Shown here: positions 37,894 to 46,309 of the stretch, piece by piece
Numbering within the stretch: the stretch's first letter is position 1
How the letters are laid out: every line of letters starts with the position of its first letter
Source: Candidatus Micrarchaeota archaeon
GTDB lineage: Archaea; Micrarchaeota; Micrarchaeia; Anstonellales; Bilamarchaeaceae
DNA length: 64,000 nucleotides
Reading direction: 5' to 3'
Assembly: GCA_016212525.1 (NCBI GenBank)
Contig: JACRGD010000007.1
Coordinates: forward strand, 15,112-79,111
Position numbers and translations under genes: made by a program
Notes under the pieces: generated by a model
Databases searched by the model: none
The model's input: the letters and a program-made list of their open reading frames with translations, nothing else
Told to the model about the DNA's origin: nothing

Positions 37894-38543
37894 AATTTGA
37901 TGCAATAATTTTTGATGTGGATGGAGTTTTAATTGATGTAAGTCAGTCGTACCGGATTGCAATAATCAGAACGGTCAAACAATTTAGTGGCAAGCAAATC
38001 AGCAATGCTGATATTGATTTGCTTAAGCAAACCCCTGGTTTCAATAATGACTGGGATGCGTCATTTGCACTAAACAAAGAAATAACTGACCCAAAACAGG
38101 TTGACCGTACTTCTGATGAATACAAAAAAATGAAGGACTATTTTCAAAGTCAATATTTAGGCGAACTTATCTTTAAAGAAAAATCCCTAATTGATTTAAA
38201 AACTCTTGAACTTCTTAGTTCAAAAGGTCTGAAAATGGGGGTTGCAACCAGCAGGCCAAGAGAGGAAGCTTTCATTGCGTTAAGAACTGCCGGAATCAGT
38301 CCAAAATACATCTTAGAAAGAAATGTTGTTGCACAGGAAGATGCGCCAGAAAAACCTTCTCCAGAACCACTTCTTTTAGCAAAGAAAAAAATCAATGCAA
38401 CAAATCCTGTTTATGTTGGGGATACTTCCAGTGACAAACTGGCAGCAGAGCGGGCAAAAATGCCCTTTATTTATTGTAAGAAAAATCCCCAGATTGAGCT
38501 GATGGAAATTGAGAATGTGAATCAATTAATTGATGTGATTTAA
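37890..38543 (+). CDS. HAD-superfamily phosphatase, probable histidinol-phosphate phosphatase
   Basis: FDVDGVL, KPSP, YVGD; ATGA-coupled to hisC and directly followed by hisB. Confidence 0.8.
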   Translation: MKFDAIIFDVDGVLIDVSQSYRIAIIRTVKQFSGKQISNADIDLLKQTPGFNNDWDASFALNKEITDPKQVDRTSDEYKKMKDYFQSQYLGELIFKEKSLIDLKTLELLSSKGLKMGVATSRPREEAFIALRTAGISPKYILERNVVAQEDAPEKPSPEPLLLAKKKINATNPVYVGDTSSDKLAAERAKMPFIYCKKNPQIELMEIENVNQLIDVI

Positions 38544-39203
38544 ATGGTAAATCGAACTGCAAAAATAACCCGGAAAACAAAGGAAACAGAAATAGAAGTC
38601 GAACTTAATTTAGATGGAAGCGGGAAAAGCGACATTAAAATCGGAGTTGGTTTTCTTGAGCACATGCTAACCTTATTTGCCGCACGAGGGATGTTTGACC
38701 TAAAAGTTTTCGCAAATGGCGATTTAGATGTCGATGATCACCACACAATCGAGGACATAGGAATCTGTATCGGTCAGGCATTTTCAGAGGCAATAGGAGA
38801 CAAGCGAGGCATACGCAGGTACGGGTTTTGGATTCTTCCGATGGACGAAACGCTTGCAACTATTGCACTTGATCTTAGCGGACGCAGTGCTTTGGTTTGG
38901 AACGTCCAGTTCGAACGCGAGAAAATTGGCGATATGAGTACAGAAATGCTCTATGACTTTTTCGACGCATTTTCACGTAATGCCCAGGTAAATTTACACA
39001 TGAAAATCGAGTATGGAAGAAACGAGCACCACAGAGCCGAAGCCCTCTTTAAGGGGTGGGGAATGGCAATGCGCATGGCTTGCGAGATTGATCCACGACA
39101 GATTGGAATTCCAAGCACAAAGGGAATTCTTAGCGAAAGTACCGACACAGCTAAGTCGAAAGTAGAGGTGAAAAACTATGATACGTTTAGCAATTCCAAA
39201 TAA
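38544..39203 (+). CDS. hisB: imidazoleglycerol-phosphate dehydratase (monofunctional)
   Basis: DDHHTIED, PMDE, NEHHRAEALFK, PSTKG. Confidence 0.96.
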   Translation: MVNRTAKITRKTKETEIEVELNLDGSGKSDIKIGVGFLEHMLTLFAARGMFDLKVFANGDLDVDDHHTIEDIGICIGQAFSEAIGDKRGIRRYGFWILPMDETLATIALDLSGRSALVWNVQFEREKIGDMSTEMLYDFFDAFSRNAQVNLHMKIEYGRNEHHRAEALFKGWGMAMRMACEIDPRQIGIPSTKGILSESTDTAKSKVEVKNYDTFSNSK

Positions 39204-40062
39204 AGGCCGCATTTCAACTGAAGTTTTGCGGCTTCTATCAAAAATCGGGCTTGAAGTCCCGGAAAACGGAAGAAAGCTTTATGCAAATACAAACAATCCT
39301 AACATTCAGATTGTTTATGCGCGTGCAGCAGATATTCCGTTTTTTGTCTCTGCAGGAGTAGCGGATGCCGGGATTACTGGAGAAGATATGATTTTGGAAA
39401 GCTCGGAGGAAGTAAGTGAAGAAAATGCAAAAAAATCGATAACGAAGTTACTACGATTGAATTTTGGAAAATGCAAAATCGTTGTCGCAGCGCCAAATAA
39501 TTCGAAGATAAATTCAACACAAGATTATCCAGCTAAAGTTCGGGTTGCAACCAAACTTACAAACATAACTTCGAGGTATTTTAGATCAAAGAAAATCAAT
39601 GCAAAAATCATCAGACTCTCAGGTGCAACTGAACTAGCCCCAGCACTTGGTATTGCTGATTTAATTGTAGATCAGGTTAGTACGGGAACAACTTTGGCAG
39701 CAAATAATCTAAAAATTGTCGATGAAATTTTCGAATCTGAGATCTATCTGTTTGCAAATAGCCGGTCTTTGAAAGAAAAAACCGAAGATCTGGATTCACT
39801 GAAGACCTCATTTGAAAGTGTAATTACTGCCGAATCCAAACGATATATCATGGTGAATGCTGATGGCGAAGATACTTTAGCACGAGTTACTGCCGTGATG
39901 CCTGCATTAGACAGTCCAACCATTCTTAAACTTGCAAAAGTCGGGTCTTATGCAGTTCACAGCGTCGTCGATGCCAATGAACTAATCGGCACCATTTGCA
40001 AGATAAAAAAGGCAGGCGGAACTGGAATTTTGGTCATGAACGCATCGCGCGTAGTCGAATGA
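39178..40062 (+). CDS. hisG: ATP phosphoribosyltransferase (long form)
   Basis: AIPNKGR, DAGITGED, GATELAP, DQVSTGTTL, C-terminal regulatory domain. Confidence 0.95.
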   Translation: MIRLAIPNKGRISTEVLRLLSKIGLEVPENGRKLYANTNNPNIQIVYARAADIPFFVSAGVADAGITGEDMILESSEEVSEENAKKSITKLLRLNFGKCKIVVAAPNNSKINSTQDYPAKVRVATKLTNITSRYFRSKKINAKIIRLSGATELAPALGIADLIVDQVSTGTTLAANNLKIVDEIFESEIYLFANSRSLKEKTEDLDSLKTSFESVITAESKRYIMVNADGEDTLARVTAVMPALDSPTILKLAKVGSYAVHSVVDANELIGTICKIKKAGGTGILVMNASRVVE

Positions 40063-40075
40063 TGAGGCTAAACCT

Positions 40076-40723
40076 ATGACTCAGATTACCATCATTGATT
40101 ATGGCGCAGGAAATGCAGTAAATGTGCAAAATGCCCTGCAAAAACTGGGTGCCAATTGCAAGATTAGCGCAAGCGAAACTGACTGGTTAAATGCAGATGG
40201 CATTATTTTTCCAGGAGTCGGTGCCTTTGGCCCGGCCATGCAAAATTTAGGGAAGCGTAGCCAAATTCTCAGAAGAATCATTAACGAATCTGATCGCCCG
40301 TTTCTTGGCATATGCCTTGGAATGCAACTTCTCCTTGAAAAAAGTGAGGAAAGCCCAAGTACAGAAGGCCTGGGGGTTTTGGAAGGGTCGGTTTTGCGTT
40401 TTGAATCCAATGCTTTGGGTTCTGAAACTAAATCTCTTCCAGTTCCACAAATTGCATGGAATGAGGTTAATGTAGTTAGTAACTCGGGTAAATGTTCTCC
40501 GCTTTTTGATGGTCTTGCAGATAGATTCTACGCGTATTTTGTTCACTCATATTACTGCAAAGTTAGTGATCGTTCATTAGTTGCTGCTACGGCTAAATAT
40601 GGAATTGAATTCGATTCTTCAATCTGGAAAAAGAATCTTTTTGCAACTCAGTTTCACCCTGAAAAAAGCGGAAACGATGGGTTAACGATATTGCAAAATT
40701 TCCTAGATGAGGTGAAATGCTAA
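40076..40723 (+). CDS. hisH: imidazole glycerol phosphate synthase glutaminase subunit
   Basis: DYGAGN, PGVG, GICLGMQ, FVHSY, QFHPEKS. Confidence 0.96.
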   Translation: MTQITIIDYGAGNAVNVQNALQKLGANCKISASETDWLNADGIIFPGVGAFGPAMQNLGKRSQILRRIINESDRPFLGICLGMQLLLEKSEESPSTEGLGVLEGSVLRFESNALGSETKSLPVPQIAWNEVNVVSNSGKCSPLFDGLADRFYAYFVHSYYCKVSDRSLVAATAKYGIEFDSSIWKKNLFATQFHPEKSGNDGLTILQNFLDEVKC

Positions 40724-41434
40724 ATGGTTATTGATAAATTTCAGGTTATTCCGGCAATCGACTTGATGGGTGGTCAATGCGTTCGATTGGTCAAGGGTGA
40801 AAAACAGAATAAAATCGAGTATGCGATTTCACCGTATGAAATGGCTAAGAGCTATCTTGAATATGGTGCAAAACTCATCCACATAGTTGATTTAGATGGC
40901 GCATTTACTGGTCAGATGACCAACCTTCCAATTATTTCAAAACTCGCAAGCGAATATCCAATCCAGGTCGGAGGTGGAATACGCAATGAAGAGCGAATTA
41001 GAGAATTGCTTTTGCTTGGAGTGAAAAGAGTAGTTGTGAGTTCGCTTCTACTAAAAAATCAGGAATTGGCAACTGAACTAAAAACCAAATACAAAGGAAA
41101 GCTCGTTGGCTCATTTGATTTTAAAAATGGCAGATTAGCTTATGCAGGTTGGACAAAAGAAAGTGAACTCAAATTTAACGAGGTCGTTGCAGGTTTAGAT
41201 GAAATTGTTGTGACTGACACCAATAAAGATGGAACGTTTGAAGGACCCAATCTCGAATTGCTTTCATCGCTTCGGGCGAGCTACCCGAACATCAAAATCA
41301 TCTCAGCTGGAGGAGTCAAAGATGAATCTGATCTTGCTGCCTTAGAAGGAATCGGAATTGATGGGGTTATCATAGGCAGAGGATTTTTCGAGAAGATGAT
41401 AAAACTGTCTGTTCTTGGAGGGTGTAAAAGATGA
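40724..41434 (+). CDS. hisA: ProFAR isomerase
   Basis: PAIDL..GQCVRL, HIVDLDGA, QVGGGIR. Confidence 0.94.
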   Translation: MVIDKFQVIPAIDLMGGQCVRLVKGEKQNKIEYAISPYEMAKSYLEYGAKLIHIVDLDGAFTGQMTNLPIISKLASEYPIQVGGGIRNEERIRELLLLGVKRVVVSSLLLKNQELATELKTKYKGKLVGSFDFKNGRLAYAGWTKESELKFNEVVAGLDEIVVTDTNKDGTFEGPNLELLSSLRASYPNIKIISAGGVKDESDLAALEGIGIDGVIIGRGFFEKMIKLSVLGGCKR

Positions 41435-41649
41435 CATGTTTGAATCGGATATCGATTCAAGAAAAGAGAGGGTAGAAGTTTAGTATCGAATACGGCAGCC
41501 AAAAATAGCAACGAAAACTGGTTAAATATCTGATTGAATTGGAATTAATTTTGACGCAAGGCCGTAAGTTGCACGAAGTATTTAAGCATCTGACACCAAC
41601 TGAACAAGCTATGCTTGAATTTCAAGCCAGGAATATTCTTTTATCTTGA
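41431..41649 (+). pseudogene. possible decayed gene coupled to hisA (two in-frame TAG)
   Basis: ATGA overlap with the hisA stop and GGAGGGTG RBS; TAG at 41473 and 41506, then open to TGA 41647. Confidence 0.3.
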
Positions 41650-42306
41650 AAATGGACTAATCGCATTCAATTGCCTTACAGCCAGCTCAAGATTGCCCGC
41701 TCCAAGTGCTGCTTGCGCGTTTGCAAAATGAGGTGAGCTTGCTATTGCAGATGCGGATACGTGATGGGTCCTAACTAAAAACGACTCACATAATTCACGT
41801 CGGTATTCTTCAGTATACCGCTCAGGATGTGCTAAAACACGTCTAGCTTCTGCATAAGCCATTTGGAAATAGAATCCATCAGCACCAGTTTCTCGTATGG
41901 GTTGAGGTATAGCTTGCTCAGGACTCGTGCTAAATGGTTGCTCCCTAAGGCGCGGTAATGCCGCATCTAGCCTAGATAAAATTGTCGTAAGCATTCGCCA
42001 AGCAGTTTGAACAGAACAATTCTCTGGTGGGGTTGGAGGCAGTCGCAATTGGGAGAGAGCAGTTAATTCTGCTGGACTCATTTGATCTCTATGATTATAC
42101 AAAATATCTCCAACCCTTCCCCTGGCTTCATTTATTGCATTTAATAAATCGTCTCGGACGTGAGGTGTGTTTGGTAGATTATATTTATATCGTTCGTATA
42201 TTTGTCTGGCAAAATTATACTTAACCATGACCTCTGCAGGCAAAAGCATTCGTTCCGAAGGCTGAAGCCTTGTGCTGTGCTCCTGAATTATTTGGAATAG
42301 AAACAT
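41641..42306 (-). CDS. hypothetical protein splitting the his cluster
   Basis: 221-aa ORF with GGTGA RBS on the opposite strand; no recognisable motif. Confidence 0.65.
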   Translation of the reverse strand: MFLFQIIQEHSTRLQPSERMLLPAEVMVKYNFARQIYERYKYNLPNTPHVRDDLLNAINEARGRVGDILYNHRDQMSPAELTALSQLRLPPTPPENCSVQTAWRMLTTILSRLDAALPRLREQPFSTSPEQAIPQPIRETGADGFYFQMAYAEARRVLAHPERYTEEYRRELCESFLVRTHHVSASAIASSPHFANAQAALGAGNLELAVRQLNAISPFSR

Positions 42307-42499
42307 GTCACCATTTATCGGTCATAGTTTAAATCATTTTGGCTCAAAAAAATAAATGACTTTTAACTACTGCATAAGTGCGTATCGCTTTGAGTAGGAA
42401 AGTTTCGCGTAGTTCCTAATATCAAGGAAGATCAAAAATGTATCGAGTGCTTAAAGTTGGAAATCGTGAAACCCGACACTCAGCTTAAGTTCTCTTCCG

Positions 42500-42527
42500 G
42501 TCACAAATTTATTTATAGTGGGAAAGA
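42500..42527 (+). promoter_or_regulatory. his cluster promoter 2 (copy of promoter 1)
   Basis: GTCACAAA-TT-TATTTATAGTGGGAAAGA vs GTTACAAA-GA-TATTTATAGTGGGAAAGA at 35121. Confidence 0.75.
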
Positions 42528-42553
42528 TAACTAATTATGTTAAGGTTGTAAAA

Positions 42554-43358
42554 ATGGAAAAGGATATACTTCACAAAAATTAGGACTTCTAAATCGCCAC
42601 TTTGTAAACGGATTATTCCCTGTCTTGATGTCAAAAACGGTCGGGTAGTTAAAGGCACTAATTTTGTTGGTCTTAAAGATGCCGGAGATCCGATCGAACT
42701 TGCAAGGAAATATTACGAAGACGGGGCAGACGAGCTGGTTTTTCTTGATATTACTGCTAGTAGTGAAGGTCGAAACACGGTAGTTGAACTAGCTAAAGCA
42801 GTTGCGCAGGAAGTCTTCATTCCGTTTACTATCGGTGGGGGCATTCGAACTATCAAAGATATTGAAGCGCTACTTAAGGCAGGAGCAGATAAAGTTTCCA
42901 TCAATACGGCCGCAATAGTTAATCCCAAACTGCTAACAGATGCGGCTTGTGAATTCGGAAATCAGGCCATCGTCATTGCAATCGATGCCAAACAAAACGA
43001 ATCAGGGAGTTGGAATGTTTACAAAATGGGCGGGTGCATTGACACTAACTTTAATGCCATGGAATGGGCAAAAAAGGCAGTTTCTCTAGGAGCCGGAGAA
43101 GTTCTTCTAACAAGCATGGATAGAGATGGAACTCAAAGTGGATTCGACATCGAGCTAACTCGTGCGATTGTTAAGGCTGTGAACGTTCCAGTTATTGCGT
43201 CAGGCGGTGGCGGAAAAGTCGATGACTTCATTAATGTTTTTCAAAAAACAAACGTTTCGGCAGCACTTGCAGCCGGAATTTTCCACTATGGAAAAATAAC
43301 AATTGGTGGCCTAAAAAAAGAATTAAAATTAGCGGGAGTTGATATTCGTGAAATCTGA
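42554..43358 (+). CDS. hisF: imidazole glycerol phosphate synthase cyclase subunit, predicted to need one +1 frameshift at CTT-CAC (42569-42574)
   Basis: Intact [19 protein letters not shown]...[10 protein letters not shown]...GGGIR frame from 42600 has no ATG/GTG/TTG between TAA 42549 and ATG 43026; ATG 42554 opens MEKDILHKN* in the adjacent frame. Confidence 0.9.
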
Positions 43359-43989
43359 AAACAATAATTTTGACAAAGACATTCAAAAGGATAAAAGTAG
43401 GGTCGATCAAATCAAGTTCGATAACGATGGATTAGTTCCAATTATAGTTCAGGATGCAAATACAGGAGTAGTGCTCTCACTCGTCTATGCCAATTCGGAT
43501 GCAGTCTGCCGGATGCAGGAAACTGGTTTTGTCTGGCGCTATAGTCGCTCGAAGAAAAAAATAATGCAAAAAGGAGAAGAAAGCGGGAACGTTCAGAGGA
43601 TCGTTTCAATCGATTTAGACTGTGACAAAGATGCTCTGCTAGTTCGAGTATTACCTGAAGGACCTGCATGCCACCTGAGTACGGTTTCATGTTTTGGATC
43701 TGAAGAGGTAGCAGATATGCTTTCTGAACTTGCACTCATAATAAAAGACCGAAGACAAAATCAAGACTCAAATCAAAATTCATACACCGCAAAGGTAGTT
43801 TCAAATCGGGAGCTCGCAATCGAAAAGCTACGTGAAGAATGCGAGGAATTGATCGAAGCTAAAGAAAAGAAGGATCTGATCTGGGAGGCGGCTGATCTTC
43901 TCTACTTTACGCTAGTTTATTTTGAGAATCGCGAGGTTGAATTTGGGGATGTCTTGAAGGAACTAAGACGAAGACGTCTAAGTCACTAA
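43348..43989 (+). CDS. hisIE: bifunctional PR-AMP cyclohydrolase / PR-ATP pyrophosphatase
   Basis: GLVP.IVQD, SRS, KGEESGN, DCDKD, PACH...SCF; SYT, K..EE, EAADLLY. Confidence 0.94.
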   Translation: MKSENNNFDKDIQKDKSRVDQIKFDNDGLVPIIVQDANTGVVLSLVYANSDAVCRMQETGFVWRYSRSKKKIMQKGEESGNVQRIVSIDLDCDKDALLVRVLPEGPACHLSTVSCFGSEEVADMLSELALIIKDRRQNQDSNQNSYTAKVVSNRELAIEKLREECEELIEAKEKKDLIWEAADLLYFTLVYFENREVEFGDVLKELRRRRLSH

Positions 43990-44080
43990 ACCTAACCGCG
44001 CCAGGTTATGCAGTCTTATGGTCAGTAAAATAGAAGCACCAATCCCGATCGGGGTAAGAGGGAGCAGTATGAAACGAAAC

Positions 44081-44839
44081 TTATCGCTCGAGTAGTTGAT
44101 CAATTGTCGCCCGCATTGTCCCGATCGGCTGTGCTCCGATAATTGGAACGACATCCCTGCCATCTCTGCGGGCAATAAAGAAATAGGGAGTCCCATCGAC
44201 TCCGATCGATTTGCCGTAATTAATATCGGACTGGATCTTAGATATCCCATCTTCTGAGTTAATACAGATGTCAAAGACACTCCGATTTAGACCTATTTCG
44301 CTCGCCCAAACCTTAAAGTCATTGACAGTTATCGGATAGGTACTAAGGCCCAATTGAGCCTGCTTATCGTAAATGATATTATGCATCTGCCATTGCTTGC
44401 CCTGCAACTTTGCACATTCAACAGCCTGAGCGGCACCCATTGCACCTGGATGAATATTAGTATAGGGGAAATTACGATAGACCAGTTCTAGTTTACCTTT
44501 GTTGACATAATCAGCAGTTAAATTTGGCAGAACCAAAGTCGTGAATCTTCGACAAAAGGGGCATTGATAATCGGAGAACTCAACCAGAACCACAGGAGCA
44601 GATGCATTACCCATACGCATGTCTCCCCTGATAAGCTCGCTGACGTTTATATTTGGACCAAATTGAGAAATCGGAACAACTCCCACAGCAGAGGGATTAG
44701 GAGAAGAATTTAGATTAGAAAGTGATGAGTTTGGATTTGTAGGCGAGATATTCTTTGAGCCTGAATTTTGAGAAACACAACCAAATCCAATTATGAAAAC
44801 CAATAACACCGCCAGAACAATGACCTTTTTCATAAACAA
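44081..44839 (-). CDS. DsbA-family thiol-disulfide oxidoreductase (lipoprotein-like)
   Basis: GFGC signal, EFSDYQCPFC, GTPYF, GAQP. Confidence 0.9.
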   Translation of the reverse strand: MFMKKVIVLAVLLVFIIGFGCVSQNSGSKNISPTNPNSSLSNLNSSPNPSAVGVVPISQFGPNINVSELIRGDMRMGNASAPVVLVEFSDYQCPFCRRFTTLVLPNLTADYVNKGKLELVYRNFPYTNIHPGAMGAAQAVECAKLQGKQWQMHNIIYDKQAQLGLSTYPITVNDFKVWASEIGLNRSVFDICINSEDGISKIQSDINYGKSIGVDGTPYFFIARRDGRDVVPIIGAQPIGTMRATIDQLLER

Positions 44840-44899
44840 TACCCTAACAGAATAATTGCAACCAACAGGAACTTAAACAATATACAAAATTAAATGGAA

Positions 44900-46177
44900 C
44901 TAAAATTCAGAAAGAACCCATTTCCAGATTGGAACATAACGGATTTTTCTCTGTGCCAACACTTTTTCCTCCTCGTGATCGAGAGTTAATATAAGTCCTT
45001 CTTCCAGATCATTTGCCTTAAGAGTCTTAAATAAACCACCTTCTTCTCGTGTTCTTGTTTCGATATCAGTCAGTTCAAGGCAAACCTGGATAGCTAGTTC
45101 AATTTTCGGACTGTTTTGAGCCACAACCACAAAATCAGTTTCCGTTCCGTCTGAGTTTACATAGTAGTAAAATTTTTTGCCTCTTCGGAAAAGTTCTATG
45201 GCGACAAAATTTTCGAGCAGAACACCAAGAGGTTGAACTGCAGTATCACTATATCGGAGGACAAGACCATTATCAATACAGTATAGTTTCTTTGGATTTT
45301 TGTCAAATAACTTAGCCTTTTTCTCATATTTATTTACCTGAAATAAAAGATAAGTATCCTGTAGATAATTAAGATATTTTTGAATGGTTTTTTCGCTCTT
45401 AATTGCAAAATTTTTTGAAACACCTGAATAGGTGATCTTACGTGCAGTATTGCGTATGAGGAATTTGATCACAGTTAGAAGTTCATCTGGTTTTCTTATC
45501 TGATACCGCTTTATTATGTCTTTTTGTACAATATCACCTAGGAGCTGAGCCAACAGATCAGGATTGGTATACTTAAGAACATCTGGAAAGCCTCCAGAGA
45601 GCAAATATTCCTTAAAGGCTTCCAAAAGAGCCACCCGTGAAGAGGTACTTATATGATCGGACTGATTGAAATTGGGTTTTTTGAGTGACAAAAATTCCCT
45701 AAAGGAGAAGGGAAATAGTTCGAAATCCACGTGTCTTCCAGTTAAATGAGTACCCAGTTCAACACTAAGAAGATCGGCATTAGAACCAGTAATGAGGATT
45801 AAGTTGTTTGAACGAAGAAGACGATTTATGAATAATTCCCAGCCCGAAATATTCTGTATTTCATCAAAAAGATAAGAAGTCGTATTTTCTCCATTCTCAA
45901 GTAAAAATGCCTCCATGAGCAGCTGGAAATCATCCACACTAAAATTAGCGATCCGGTCATCATCAAAATTTAGATAATTAAGATTGACGATTTTTCTAAG
46001 GAGCTGCTTAGCAAAGGTACTTTTACCAGAACGCCTAACACCCTTGATTATAATTGCTGTTCCGCCAACATTTAGAGAAACAGAATCTCTTAGATCGCGA
46101 TCGATTTCTCCAACACCAGTCACCAGTTCTTTCTTCTGTTCTCTAATGACCCGAATGAGAATTTCTTTATTGATCAT
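44900..46177 (-). CDS. AAA_14 ATPase with DUF4143 domain
   Basis: GVRRSGKS, FDEIQ, TGS, GGFP, KLY.IDNG, ENFV, ETDF. Confidence 0.9.
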   Translation of the reverse strand: MINKEILIRVIREQKKELVTGVGEIDRDLRDSVSLNVGGTAIIIKGVRRSGKSTFAKQLLRKIVNLNYLNFDDDRIANFSVDDFQLLMEAFLLENGENTTSYLFDEIQNISGWELFINRLLRSNNLILITGSNADLLSVELGTHLTGRHVDFELFPFSFREFLSLKKPNFNQSDHISTSSRVALLEAFKEYLLSGGFPDVLKYTNPDLLAQLLGDIVQKDIIKRYQIRKPDELLTVIKFLIRNTARKITYSGVSKNFAIKSEKTIQKYLNYLQDTYLLFQVNKYEKKAKLFDKNPKKLYCIDNGLVLRYSDTAVQPLGVLLENFVAIELFRRGKKFYYYVNSDGTETDFVVVAQNSPKIELAIQVCLELTDIETRTREEGGLFKTLKANDLEEGLILTLDHEEEKVLAQRKIRYVPIWKWVLSEF

Positions 46178-46309
46178 AGTATAATAATACGGTAAAAAGA
46201 TTTATATAGAGTAAGGTAATACGTAAAATAGATGATTATTCTGGAATATATTACGGAATAATACCAATAGATACAAGGTAAATACTAGCGACAAAAACAA
46301 ACCAGAGGT

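Noticed and set aside
41473-41508. TAG reassignment (alternative genetic code)
   Set aside because: TAG terminates conserved genes at expected positions (e.g. priS 21171, VIT1 30499, GNAT 32899).
43026-43358. hisF as a truncated 110-aa pseudogene
   Set aside because: The same frame is open and conserved back to the HisF N-terminus at 42600; only the start codon is missing.
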